Origin: Algoriphagus sp.
GTDB lineage: Bacteria > Bacteroidota > Bacteroidia > Cytophagales > Cyclobacteriaceae
Direction of reading: 5' to 3'
NCBI GenBank assembly: GCA_030729785.1
Contig: JANQWS010000094.1
Location: 17,984 to 81,983, forward strand
Length of the DNA stretch: 64,000 nucleotides
Positions 40,502 to 49,864 of the stretch are shown piece by piece. Below the pieces are notes generated by a model. It searched no databases, was not told where the DNA came from, and was given only the letters and a program-made list of their open reading frames with translations. A program made the translations under genes and the position numbers. Each line of letters begins with the position of its first letter. Within the stretch, counting starts at the first letter, position 1.

Positions 40502-41872
40502 TTAATTCTTACCTAATTTCCAATTAATTAGCCCATTGAAATGCCACAAGTCCACTTTATTGTACTGTTGAACAGGATTAAGTGTAGAGGCTGTTAATGG
40601 TACTTTAGAAACAAAAATCAAATGAAAATCTAGATTTTTTATTTTTTTGGGAGCATACCGAACCCCAAAATTATGTTGGCGGTAACTTGGGAAATTGTAC
40701 TTATTGGCTGCTGCATCTTCTAGTTTTGGTAAAACATGAATTCCCATATAAGAATACAGTTGTAGAGGATGATTTTTAAAAAGGTAAGAGGCATATCCCA
40801 CCACCGCTGTGACTGTTTCAAAGCCTTCGTTTCGTTCTCTAGGAATAAAGGTATACCAGGCATCCTTTCCCCATTCCCTTGGGCTCAACCACCTCCCTTT
40901 TCCAGCTATTTGTGTCGCACTAAGTTGGGTTTCCCAGGCACCTTTTTTCCAATTTAACTTGGCCGAAAATGCAAAATTTACATCGGAAGGATTTTTGTAC
41001 TGTTTCACGAGATCGCGATTTCCTCCTTCACCAATACCCTGTTGCAAACCCGTTTGAATTCCTGAATTCCAAGACCCTAAGCTGTTTTTTTTCGTTTTTT
41101 CGTACGTGATCCAGTAGGTAGCAAACAAATTTTCAGCGATAGTTTGTGAAAAACGAAGTAATCTTCCTTCTTTCAACTTGCCCTCTACTTCCCAAATTCC
41201 AACCCAAGAACTGTTGGTGTTTCCATAATAAGCAGCAGGCGTACCCGAGAGACTTCTACCTTGAGGGAATAATCCAAGCGTCTCCCCTACTGGTATCCAA
41301 TCCTTACTTCCACGAATATTCATGCGAGTAATTCCCCAAGCACTAATCTTCCAAGATGCGATCGGTGAATACCAAGCTTGCATCCCTTCTACTACAGTTG
41401 GAGAAAGCCGGCCATCTTGGGAATTGATCCATTCGGTCTGGATTCCCATTTTTCCTAATTTAATCCCAAACTTCGGCTGAGTATAGCTCAAGGAGAGTAA
41501 TTCCAACCTCCCAAAAAATCGATCTTTTGGATCCAATAAGTTAAATAAACCAGATTCGTAACGATTGGATTGCCTAGTGGTTGGGTCAATTTCCCAAAAA
41601 GGTGAACTAAACACATTCGCAAAAATCCGATAGCCTCCTTGCACTTCCCAATGTTTAGCAAAGCTTAATTTTCCACCAGCTGCTGTAGAAATCCCCAGTG
41701 CATAGTCTGGTTTAAGCTCCTCATTCGTATAGGACGTGTTCATCCAAAAACTACGAAAACTTACATCTGGAATAAATAGAACTTTATTCTCCGCAGCCTT
41801 CCGGGAAATCTGTCCAAATCCAGAAGGCTGATTGAAGGTGAAATAGAAAATTACAACAAGCAAAAACCTCAC
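40502..41872 (-). CDS. Outer-membrane beta-barrel porin (OprD-like)
   Basis: Signal peptide, amphipathic strands, PREWG and RERNEG motifs shared with 46448-47854; overlaps the tsdA stop. Confidence 0.7.
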   Translation of the reverse strand: MRFLLVVIFYFTFNQPSGFGQISRKAAENKVLFIPDVSFRSFWMNTSYTNEELKPDYALGISTAAGGKLSFAKHWEVQGGYRIFANVFSSPFWEIDPTTRQSNRYESGLFNLLDPKDRFFGRLELLSLSYTQPKFGIKLGKMGIQTEWINSQDGRLSPTVVEGMQAWYSPIASWKISAWGITRMNIRGSKDWIPVGETLGLFPQGRSLSGTPAAYYGNTNSSWVGIWEVEGKLKEGRLLRFSQTIAENLFATYWITYEKTKKNSLGSWNSGIQTGLQQGIGEGGNRDLVKQYKNPSDVNFAFSAKLNWKKGAWETQLSATQIAGKGRWLSPREWGKDAWYTFIPRERNEGFETVTAVVGYASYLFKNHPLQLYSYMGIHVLPKLEDAAANKYNFPSYRQHNFGVRYAPKKIKNLDFHLIFVSKVPLTASTLNPVQQYNKVDLWHFNGLINWKLGKN

Positions 41873-42921
41873 TTTGTACTAGACTTTGCTGCTTTTATGG
41901 GTTTGAAAGGGCCAAACTTATGTTGCTCCTCTGTAAATTCATCAGCAAAAGGACCAAAGGGATGATCCATAGGTTTCTTTGAAATATCAGGCCAATCTTT
42001 GGAGAGATCCTTCTTTGGCCTTTCCATACTATTGACATAAGCAGCAACATCCCAAGATTCCTCATCTGTCAATAGTGGTTGTTCAAAAGTGACCCCTAAA
42101 GGCATATTTGCTTTGACATAGCCTGCAAATCGGGACAATCGGTAAAGTCCTGCGCCCTGGTTGTAACTTGCATCTCCCCACAACGGTGGATACACGTAGC
42201 CACTTCCATCTGGTTTAGCCATCCCTTTACCATCCGCTTGATGGCAGCTTGCACATTGACTGTCGTAAACCAACTTTCCTTTTATAGGGTCTGCTGCGCG
42301 GTCCATTAGGGGAAGGGAATAGATTCCTGACCCTAGGGGTGATTCTCCTTTAGGAACTTCTTTACCCACCCAATTGATATATGCAGCCATTGCTTTCATT
42401 TCCTTGGATTCGCGCTCCAAAGGCTTCCCATTCAAGCTCCGCTCAAAGCAATCATTGATTCGTTTCTGAATATCTTCTTCTTGACCTGATCGGGCACGAA
42501 CCTTAGGATAAGTTGCAGCCACCGCTCCATAATTATTTCCTAAAGGAGCTGTTCCAGCTTGTAAATGGCAATTTTGGCAATTCAAACCATTTGAAATTGC
42601 CTTTACCTTACCATTTGGACCTAGGTATTCGGCTGTATTCGCCACCAATTCTTTTCCATATTTTAATTCTTCCGCATTGGATTCTTGATCCATTTCCGAC
42701 CAGTCAGGTGCTTTCCAAACTAGCGCAGGATCAGCTAACGGATTGACCACCGGGAGCTCCACACTAACAGCCGAAACCGCTGGGTCGGCTTGCGAAAATG
42801 AGGGGAGCTGAACGCCAGAAAAAGAAAGAAATACGACAAATCCTACAAGTACGACTAAGGAAACAGTAAGCCCTAGCAGGGCCACCAAAAGAGTGATAAG
42901 CTTGAGAAATGGCTGCATCAT
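41869..42921 (-). CDS. tsdA: Diheme cytochrome c, thiosulfate dehydrogenase TsdA-like
   Basis: CQNCH and CASCH heme sites, RINDCFERSLNG Cys-ligand motif, YPPLWG..SYNQGAG, NMP; N-terminal TM anchor. Confidence 0.8.
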   Translation of the reverse strand: MMQPFLKLITLLVALLGLTVSLVVLVGFVVFLSFSGVQLPSFSQADPAVSAVSVELPVVNPLADPALVWKAPDWSEMDQESNAEELKYGKELVANTAEYLGPNGKVKAISNGLNCQNCHLQAGTAPLGNNYGAVAATYPKVRARSGQEEDIQKRINDCFERSLNGKPLERESKEMKAMAAYINWVGKEVPKGESPLGSGIYSLPLMDRAADPIKGKLVYDSQCASCHQADGKGMAKPDGSGYVYPPLWGDASYNQGAGLYRLSRFAGYVKANMPLGVTFEQPLLTDEESWDVAAYVNSMERPKKDLSKDWPDISKKPMDHPFGPFADEFTEEQHKFGPFKPIKAAKSSTK

Positions 42922-42978
42922 CGTAATTAGATTCTTTGGGTAAGATACAAAGTTGTAAAATAGTACCTACTAGTTCCT

Positions 42979-42992
42979 GTGACTCTGGTCAC
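42979..42992. promoter_or_regulatory. Crp/Fnr-like operator upstream of tsdA
   Basis: GTGAC-TCTG-GTCAC with perfectly complementary arms, 23 bp from the minus-strand -7 box CAACTTTG (42948-42955). Confidence 0.75.
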
Positions 42993-43027
42993 TGAATTTA
43001 ATTTTTTACCAAAAAAATAATAGGATA

Positions 43028-43158
43028 ATCCGAAATTACGCCAGCATTCCTAACGGAATACTAAAATCTGCGGATAATCGTCCACAGACGACCCCTCATG
43101 GGATTAAACTACAAACCTTAGGTTCTTCCCTTACTGGTGAAAAAGCGGATAATCAGAA
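43028..43158 (-). ncRNA. Dispersed structured intergenic element, copy A
   Basis: Homologous to 63605-63769 (28-nt identical block) and 53112-53203; terminal hairpin TAGTATTCC-gtta-GGAATGCTG. Confidence 0.65.
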
Positions 43159-43182
43159 AAAATTATATCCAAAAAGAACTGC

Positions 43183-43905
43183 TTACACCCAATTAATCTG
43201 GGCTACAAAAACCAATTTACCCTCCACCTTTCCTTGAATAAATGAGGAGGAATCTGACCCTAAAAGCAATAACTCAACTTGATCACCCGCCTTACATTCA
43301 GCGAGGTAGTTGATTGCAATTTGGCTGGGAAATAATTCACAATCTGCAGCAATATTTTCGACCCATCGAATGTAGCTGGTGTGATTCACATGGTTGTATA
43401 AATCCAAATCCGAATACTGCACTTGAATGAGTTTGCTGGCTTGCAGAGGTCCTGAAACCTCTAATTTGGCGGGTTGCCAAGTAGGTGCCGCTAAAGGATT
43501 GAAAAGGAAAGGAGGAAGTACGGATTCTGGCTTAAGAATTCTCTTTTTCTCGATATGCACCAATAACCAAGAGGACATAGCTCGAGCCACTACCTCCTCG
43601 TGCTGATCCCAGACCAAAAACTCACGAAAAGCAAATGCCCCCGCTTGCCCTCTTCCACCCGTAAAAATCCGAAGCGAATCTCCCCAGCGAGGAAATTGGC
43701 TTACTTTTATTTCTAATCGTGAAAGTGCCCACATCAACTGCTGCTCCAGTAAGTTCCTGCCAAAGCCTTGAGAATCCGCATGTTTCCAAGCGATTTCTTG
43801 AAAGAGATCAGCCAAAGCACATAAACTTAAGTTTCCACTGGGATGCACCTGAAAAGTTCCTACTTCAAACGATTTGTCGAATTGAAAATTCTCAGGAAAA
43901 CTCAT
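43183..43905 (-). CDS. Acyl-ACP thioesterase
   Basis: Double hot-dog pattern; FQEIAWKHA, DLDLYNHVNHTSY, INYLAEC. Confidence 0.88.
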   Translation of the reverse strand: MSFPENFQFDKSFEVGTFQVHPSGNLSLCALADLFQEIAWKHADSQGFGRNLLEQQLMWALSRLEIKVSQFPRWGDSLRIFTGGRGQAGAFAFREFLVWDQHEEVVARAMSSWLLVHIEKKRILKPESVLPPFLFNPLAAPTWQPAKLEVSGPLQASKLIQVQYSDLDLYNHVNHTSYIRWVENIAADCELFPSQIAINYLAECKAGDQVELLLLGSDSSSFIQGKVEGKLVFVAQINWV

Positions 43906-45068
43906 GACTCAGTAGAGCTTTCTGGTGCATAAAATACCTTCTTCCCAAAACTACTTAGCAACAAGATACCTATCCCATTAATAGCAATGAGGGCAAAAGA
44001 AACCTTCAGGTTGAAAAGTTCAGCGATAAATCCAATAACCGCAGGACCAATCAAAAACCCAAAAAACGAGAGCGTAGATACAATTGCCAAGGCAACACTT
44101 GGACTATACAATTTGGATCTTCCCGCAATCCCATAGGCTACGGGTACGATTGAAGCCACACCAAAGCCTACTAACAAAAATCCAAACGCTGCTGAATACA
44201 AATTTGGAAAGACCACTGCAAGAACCAAACCTGAAAAAATCAACATTCCGCTGACCTGAAGGACTGAAAGCTTTCCATACCGATTACTAGCCTTATCGGT
44301 TACAAACCTTCCCGAGGCCATCGCACCCATAAAACAGACATAGCCAATTGAAACCAAAGCAGGCTCCGCCTCCACAATATTTTTGAAGTAGACTCCGCTC
44401 CAATCAAACATGCAACCTTCAGCCATCATTCCTAGAAACGAAATTAGCCCTACACGAAGTAGCAATGGATCGGGCTTTTTTAAAACCAAACCGCTTGCCT
44501 CAGTGCCTTCACGCTTGTCATTGACTATGTATTTTTGAGAAGCTAAAATAATGCCTACAGCTAGGAGCGTGACCACTCCATAATGGGCTGCAGGCGAGAA
44601 TTGAAGAAAAATCATCCCTGCACCAAGCCCTGCTCCTGTAAAACCCGCCATACTCCATAGCCCATGGAAGGATGCTAAAATACTTTTCCCTAGTTGATCT
44701 TCCAGGCCTAGGGCTTGTGTATTTAAAGAGATATTCATGATGTTGCCCAATAATCCAAACAACCCTAGGATAGGTACGATTATCCAAATGCTTGGAGCCA
44801 ATCCGATCAAGGGTAAGGTCAAGGCATACGCAAAACTACAAATTAGAATGACGATTCGACTACCATAGCGATGCACAGACCAACCCGCAATAGGCAATCC
44901 CAACATGGACCCAATAGGAAGGCAGAGTAATAAAGAACCCAATTCTCCTTCAGAAAGTCTGAATTTAGTTTGAATATCGGGTATGCGAGCAGCCCAACTA
45001 GCAAAACAAATCCCCACAAAGAAAAATAATGCCCCAAGTGCTATTCGACGTTTGGAAAGGTAATTCAT
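43902..45068 (-). CDS. MFS transporter
   Basis: About 12 TM segments; ASWAARIP, SFHGLWS, EGCMFDWS. Start at ATG 45068 or 45104. Confidence 0.9.
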   Translation of the reverse strand: MNYLSKRRIALGALFFFVGICFASWAARIPDIQTKFRLSEGELGSLLLCLPIGSMLGLPIAGWSVHRYGSRIVILICSFAYALTLPLIGLAPSIWIIVPILGLFGLLGNIMNISLNTQALGLEDQLGKSILASFHGLWSMAGFTGAGLGAGMIFLQFSPAAHYGVVTLLAVGIILASQKYIVNDKREGTEASGLVLKKPDPLLLRVGLISFLGMMAEGCMFDWSGVYFKNIVEAEPALVSIGYVCFMGAMASGRFVTDKASNRYGKLSVLQVSGMLIFSGLVLAVVFPNLYSAAFGFLLVGFGVASIVPVAYGIAGRSKLYSPSVALAIVSTLSFFGFLIGPAVIGFIAELFNLKVSFALIAINGIGILLLSSFGKKVFYAPESSTES

Positions 45069-45187
45069 GTAGCGTCCATCCTTTAAAACGAGGCAAATGT
45101 ACACAGAATGTAAAAGAAATGTGGGAGCAAAGTAACCGGCAACAAAACTATTCTCCTTTTTGGGTTGTTGAATGAAAAAATAGGCAA

Positions 45188-45268
45188 ATGGAATTCATCA
45201 TTGTTGGGGTTATTATTGCAACTATAATCGTTTTTATACGAGTTATTATTAAAAAGGTATTTCACTAA
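45188..45268 (+). CDS. Putative 26-aa single-pass membrane peptide, absent from the ORF track
   Basis: MEFIIVGVIIATIIVFIRVIIKKVFH*: hydrophobic helix plus basic tail, directly followed by a terminator. Confidence 0.5.
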   Translation: MEFIIVGVIIATIIVFIRVIIKKVFH

Positions 45269-45298
45269 AAATGCCACCTTTTTTCAAAGGTGGCATTT
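45269..45298. terminator. Bidirectional terminator
   Basis: AAATGCCACCTTT-tttc-AAAGGTGGCATTT. Confidence 0.85.
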
Positions 45299-45324
45299 AA
45301 TAGTCCTGTTTTTTTACTTACTGA

Positions 45325-45819
45325 TTAGTTTGGAAGTTGTTTTTCAAACTTGCCATATACCCAGGTTCCAGCTAACGCAGCAACTAAAGTCACCAAAATA
45401 ACGGTATACCCACTCCCAATTTGAGCAAATAAAGGACCTGGACAGGCTCCTGTAATTGCCCAACCTAATCCAAAGATAAAGCCACCAATTACTTGCCCCT
45501 TTTTAAAGACTTTGGTAGGGATATTTATGGTTTCTCCATGAATAGATTTGATATTCAGACGTTTAATAAGCTGAATAGAAATGATGCCGGTAACAATTGC
45601 AGAACCGATTACGCCATACATATGAAAAGACTGAAGACGGAACATTTCTTGAATTCTGAACCAAGAAATAATTTCTGCTTTCACAAATACAATTCCGAAA
45701 ACAATTCCGATAATGACATACTTCAACAAGGCCAAGCCTTTGTCTTGAGTTTGACTGGAATTCGGAGCAACGCAGTGCGGATCAGCAATAGGATCCATAT
45801 TTTTTTTATTTTTTGTCAT
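45325..45819 (-). CDS. YeeE/YedE family sulfur-compound transporter subunit
   Basis: SWFRIQEMF, FGLGWAITGACPGP. Confidence 0.85.
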   Translation of the reverse strand: MTKNKKNMDPIADPHCVAPNSSQTQDKGLALLKYVIIGIVFGIVFVKAEIISWFRIQEMFRLQSFHMYGVIGSAIVTGIISIQLIKRLNIKSIHGETINIPTKVFKKGQVIGGFIFGLGWAITGACPGPLFAQIGSGYTVILVTLVAALAGTWVYGKFEKQLPN

Positions 45820-45833
45820 GAGTTCAAGAGCAA

Positions 45834-46415
45834 TTAAAATCCAACTAGTTTCATAAGTGGTTCAAGCAAGACATGGGTCATCAAGAATCCACCGACCATA
45901 AAGAAAATGGTCGCTACCAGAGATGGCCATTGCAAGGAACTGATCCCCATGATGGCATGACCAGAGGTACAACCTCCTGCATAGCGAGTTCCAAACCCAA
46001 CAAGAAAACCACCAATTACAAAGAATAAAACACCCTTTCCTGTGAAGACTGTATTCCAATTGAAAATTTCTACTGGCATTAAATCCGTGAAGTTTGTGAT
46101 TCCCAAAGCTGTCAAATCCGCTTGAGTCGCTTCTGAAATCACAATTGTTTCTGGATTAGCTAGAAAATTCATCGCAATGAAGCCCCCAATGGCGGTGCCT
46201 AATACAAAAAGGAGGTTCCAGATTTCTTTTTTCCAATCGTAAGTAAAGAAGGGAATCCCTGCAGGAACGCAGGCAGCGCACACATGGCGCAAGGAGGAAG
46301 AAATACCAAAGGTTTTGTTACCTAAGATAAGTAAAGCGGGAACAGTGAGTCCAATCATTGGTCCAGCAACATACCAGGGCCATGGTTGAGAAATCCATTC
46401 AATAAATTGATTCAT
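45834..46415 (-). CDS. YeeE/YedE family sulfur-compound transporter subunit
   Basis: [28 protein letters not shown]. Confidence 0.88.
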   Translation of the reverse strand: MNQFIEWISQPWPWYVAGPMIGLTVPALLILGNKTFGISSSLRHVCAACVPAGIPFFTYDWKKEIWNLLFVLGTAIGGFIAMNFLANPETIVISEATQADLTALGITNFTDLMPVEIFNWNTVFTGKGVLFFVIGGFLVGFGTRYAGGCTSGHAIMGISSLQWPSLVATIFFMVGGFLMTHVLLEPLMKLVGF

Positions 46416-46447
46416 AGGGCTTTATTTAATTGTTTGTTTTGTACTTT

Positions 46448-47854
46448 TTAAAATCTATAATCCAAAATCAAGTTCACATTGGTCATATTTACGCGATTGA
46501 TCACGTACTCCAATGGAATTACCTTGGAGCTATCCTCATTTTTATGTGCTACCAAAAGTTGTAAATCCAAGCCTTTAAAGAAGCCATCGAATCGGTAATC
46601 CACTAATCCGATAAAATGAAAATAATTAGGCAAACCATATTTATTTAATCGAAGATTTTCCAATCCGGGTGTTTGCACATAACTACTGGCAAAGGAAACT
46701 TTTAATTTATCATGAATGAACGTTTTATCATAGGCAAAACCAAAGGCGCGGACACCTCCCATTCCTTCAAAACGTTCACGTTGCAAACTGATAAAAAACT
46801 TCTCCCTACCCCATTCCCTAGGAAACAGAAAACGTCCCTTATCAGAAATATAAAGAAAATTAAATGCCAATTCACTGTGACCCCAATGAATCCCTGACTT
46901 CAACCCTAGTCCATGTGTTTTTTCAGTGGGCAAGGTATATGCTTTGGTTTTGTCCTCGTTTCCCCCATTGCCAACTGCTTGCTGAACAAATCCTTGAGCC
47001 CCATAGAGCCATCGTTTGGATGAACTAGCAGTGATTGTGCCTGTCACTTCTGTGAAGTTGGTTGCAAACACCCCTTCTCCCAAATAATTCCAAGATTGAA
47101 CTTGAAATTTATCTTGATCATACTTTAAACCGATTACACCAATACCTTTCGATTCAACATGATGTTTATAGGTTTCACCATCTCCCAAAGGATTTCTCCC
47201 TGTACTATAAAATCCATAGGATTCCGCTACGGTAGTCCATTCCAATGAGCCTCTGGAAATAAGATGGGTAAACCAAGCCCCAGATATTTTTAATCCAGAA
47301 GTTGCAGTATAGGTTCCAGAAAATCCGCTAAATAAGTTAGGCCGTAAGCGATTATCTGATGCATTTAAAAATGGGCTTTCAAAATGATGCCTTCCAAACC
47401 AAGCTGAAAACTTCTTGCTATCGTACGAGACATAAAACTCCTCCAAACGATCCATATCCTTACTATTGTCGGGATGGTGGACATCAAATAAGGATATTTC
47501 ATATCGATTACCCATACCAGTTTGGGGATCTAACTCTTTCAGGTTGTTTTCAAAGTGCCTAAATACAAAGAACCCACTAAATCCTACCCCAAGACCCTTC
47601 CAACGGGGACTAAAATAACCCAACCCTGCACCCGTACCCCATGCTGAATAATCCAATAAATTATGGGAATTATTGGTATGCATGAAGTAAGAACGGAGGT
47701 GAAATTCAAAATCCCCCGTGTTTAATACCTTACCAAACATTTCTTTGGTTTCCGTACTATCTGAATTGTGTTCCGTTGAGGGTTGGTGCTGTGCATTCAC
47801 CCCTGGAAGAATCCCCAAAACAAAAACGGCTATCAAAAACGCCTTGAACTGCAT
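46448..47854 (-). CDS. Outer-membrane beta-barrel porin (OprD-like)
   Basis: Signal peptide, C-terminal DYRF beta-signal, PREWG and RERFEG motifs; start set at ATG 47854. Confidence 0.75.
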   Translation of the reverse strand: MQFKAFLIAVFVLGILPGVNAQHQPSTEHNSDSTETKEMFGKVLNTGDFEFHLRSYFMHTNNSHNLLDYSAWGTGAGLGYFSPRWKGLGVGFSGFFVFRHFENNLKELDPQTGMGNRYEISLFDVHHPDNSKDMDRLEEFYVSYDSKKFSAWFGRHHFESPFLNASDNRLRPNLFSGFSGTYTATSGLKISGAWFTHLISRGSLEWTTVAESYGFYSTGRNPLGDGETYKHHVESKGIGVIGLKYDQDKFQVQSWNYLGEGVFATNFTEVTGTITASSSKRWLYGAQGFVQQAVGNGGNEDKTKAYTLPTEKTHGLGLKSGIHWGHSELAFNFLYISDKGRFLFPREWGREKFFISLQRERFEGMGGVRAFGFAYDKTFIHDKLKVSFASSYVQTPGLENLRLNKYGLPNYFHFIGLVDYRFDGFFKGLDLQLLVAHKNEDSSKVIPLEYVINRVNMTNVNLILDYRF

Positions 47855-47887
47855 AGACAAAGTTCTATATTATCAATTTCTTAATGT

Positions 47888-47903
47888 TGTGACTTTAATC
47901 ACA
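47888..47903. promoter_or_regulatory. Crp/Fnr-like operator upstream of the porin-yeeE operon
   Basis: TGTGA-CTTTAA-TCACA (matches TGTGA-N6-TCACA); the core lies 23 bp from the -7 box GAACTTTG (47858-47865). Confidence 0.75.
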
Positions 47904-47920
47904 TCAGTATGATTTCAACT

Positions 47921-47950
47921 AAAAATGGCAAGCCCGAAGACTTGCCATTT
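47921..47950 (-). terminator. Terminator
   Basis: AAATGGCAAG...CTTGCCATTT stem with a T-tract on the minus strand. Confidence 0.8.
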
Positions 47951-47979
47951 GCATTGAATTAGAGTTATAATGCTTAGGA

Positions 47980-49401
47980 TTAAAGTAAAGTGCTTGGGCA
48001 AACGTAAGCCGAAACTTCAATTTTTTCGGACTCTTTGATTGCCTTGAATCCTCCAGCCACATCAATTAGATTTTCATACCCTCTAGCCTTCAACGTAGAG
48101 TTGAAGACCATGGAACGGTAGCCTCCTGCACAATGTACGTAGTAGGTTTTGCTCTTATCTACCTTCAACATGCTGTCATTGATGTAATCTAAAGGCGCGT
48201 TTTCGGCACCGATCACATGCTCAGAAAGGTATTCTGAATTTTTACGGACGTCAAGAATGTGGATGCTTGGATCCCCTTCTTTGATCTTAACCAATTCATC
48301 GACGGTGATGGAAGTAATGGAATCTACTTCACGACCATCTTTTTTCCAGGCTTTAAATCCACCCGCTAGGTATCCTATAGAGTAATCGTACCCTACACGA
48401 GCCAAACGTGTGATTACTTCTTCTTCCATTCCCTCTTCGGCAACAACTAAAATCTCCTGTTTCAAATCTGGAATCATTGCGCCTACCCAAACGGCAAAGC
48501 TTCCTTCGATTCCGATGTTGATGGAGTTCGGAATAAATCCTTTTGCAAAAACCTGCGCATTCCGAGTATCCAAGATCAAAGCAGCAGTTTCGTTTGCAGC
48601 AGCTTCAAATTCGGCAGGGCTTAAAGGTCTTACGCCTCTTTCCAATACCTCATCAATGCTATCATATCCTTCGATATTCATCATTACGTTTTGTGGGAAA
48701 TAAGCAGGAGGAGGAGTGAGTCCATGCAATACTTCTTTGATAAACGCTTCCTTGGTCATTTCCTGTAGCGCATAGTTGACCTTCTTCTGGTTGCCCAAGG
48801 TATCGGATGTTTCCTTGCTCATGTTTTTGCCACAAGCAGAACCAGCACCGTGTGCGGGATAAACTATCAAGTCATCTGAAAGAGGCATCAACTTGTTTCG
48901 CAAAGAATCATACAAGTGCCCTGCAAGTTTTTCTTGAGTCAGATCTTTTACGACTTTCTGTGCCAAGTCTGGACGTCCTACATCACCAATAAACAGGGTG
49001 TCACCCGTAAAAATTGCTTCTTCTTTCCCCTCTTCGTTTGTCAGCAAGTAACAAACCGACTCCATGGTATGTCCTGGGGTATGGATGACTCTGATTTTAG
49101 TTTTACCTACGGTAAATTCTTGGTTGTCTTCAGCAATAATCGCATCAAACCCCAATTTCATTTCGGTTGGTCCATAGACGATTTTAGCACCAGTCTTTGC
49201 AGCCAAATCCTTGTGTCCGGAGACAAAATCCGCATGAAAGTGCGTTTCAAAAACGTACTTTATTTTTGCATTTCTACGTTCCGCTTTTTCAATGTAAGGC
49301 TGAACTTCACGAAGTGGGTCAATGATTACTGCCTCTCCGTCAGATTCAATGTAGTAAGCACCTTGTGCCAAACATCCTGTGTAGATTTGTTCGATTTTCA
49401 T
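47980..49401 (-). CDS. MBL-fold persulfide dioxygenase fused to two rhodanese domains (CstB-like)
   Basis: THFHADFVSG, TPGHT, FTGD, PAHGAGSACG; rhodanese active loop HCAGGYRS. Confidence 0.88.
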   Translation of the reverse strand: MKIEQIYTGCLAQGAYYIESDGEAVIIDPLREVQPYIEKAERRNAKIKYVFETHFHADFVSGHKDLAAKTGAKIVYGPTEMKLGFDAIIAEDNQEFTVGKTKIRVIHTPGHTMESVCYLLTNEEGKEEAIFTGDTLFIGDVGRPDLAQKVVKDLTQEKLAGHLYDSLRNKLMPLSDDLIVYPAHGAGSACGKNMSKETSDTLGNQKKVNYALQEMTKEAFIKEVLHGLTPPPAYFPQNVMMNIEGYDSIDEVLERGVRPLSPAEFEAAANETAALILDTRNAQVFAKGFIPNSINIGIEGSFAVWVGAMIPDLKQEILVVAEEGMEEEVITRLARVGYDYSIGYLAGGFKAWKKDGREVDSITSITVDELVKIKEGDPSIHILDVRKNSEYLSEHVIGAENAPLDYINDSMLKVDKSKTYYVHCAGGYRSMVFNSTLKARGYENLIDVAGGFKAIKESEKIEVSAYVCPSTLL

Positions 49402-49466
49402 ATCTATTTTTTTTGTAGTGTTTCTAAATGTTTCGATAAAATTAAAAGCTATTTTTTTTGTGTTGA

Positions 49467-49481
49467 ATGACTTTTGTCACA
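49467..49481. promoter_or_regulatory. Crp/Fnr-like operator upstream of the PDO-rhodanese gene
   Basis: ATGAC-TTTT-GTCACA, 22 bp from the -7-like box TAATTTTA (49437-49444). Confidence 0.65.
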
Positions 49482-49486
49482 GGACA

Positions 49487-49807
49487 CTAGACGTTGGCCA
49501 ACACCCTACTTTCAATGATTTGAACAAGCTGCTGAGCAGGAACAACTCCTGACTGCCTCCAAACCATTTCTCCTTTTGAGAAAAGAACCAAGGTGGGTAC
49601 CCCTCTCACTTGAAATCTGCTTGCAGCGAGCGGGTTTTTATCTACATCCACTTTAAGAATTTTTACTTTACCTCCCAATTGCTTGGAAGTATCTTCCAAA
49701 ATGGGTTGCATCATTTTGCAAGGGCCACACCATTCTGCAAAGAAATCAACCAATACCGGGGTATCCCCTTCGATTAGTTCTTGAAATGTTTTGGATTTTG
49801 GAAGCAT
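49487..49807 (-). CDS. trxA: Thioredoxin
   Basis: WCGPC active site, GVPTL. Confidence 0.93.
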   Translation of the reverse strand: MLPKSKTFQELIEGDTPVLVDFFAEWCGPCKMMQPILEDTSKQLGGKVKILKVDVDKNPLAASRFQVRGVPTLVLFSKGEMVWRQSGVVPAQQLVQIIESRVLANV

Positions 49808-49864
49808 GTTGGCTTAGTTTTCAATTTACTGAACAAAAGTACGAGGTTCGGCAAGGAACTTACA

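Noticed and set aside
43028-43158. IS or MITE call for the dispersed element
   Set aside because: No clean terminal inverted repeats shared by all copies, no target-site duplication identified and no transposase in the window. Kept as an unassigned structured element.
45083-45277. 64-aa minus-strand ORF
   Set aside because: Asn-rich antisense shadow of the more plausible plus-strand 26-aa membrane peptide, and it starts inside a terminator.
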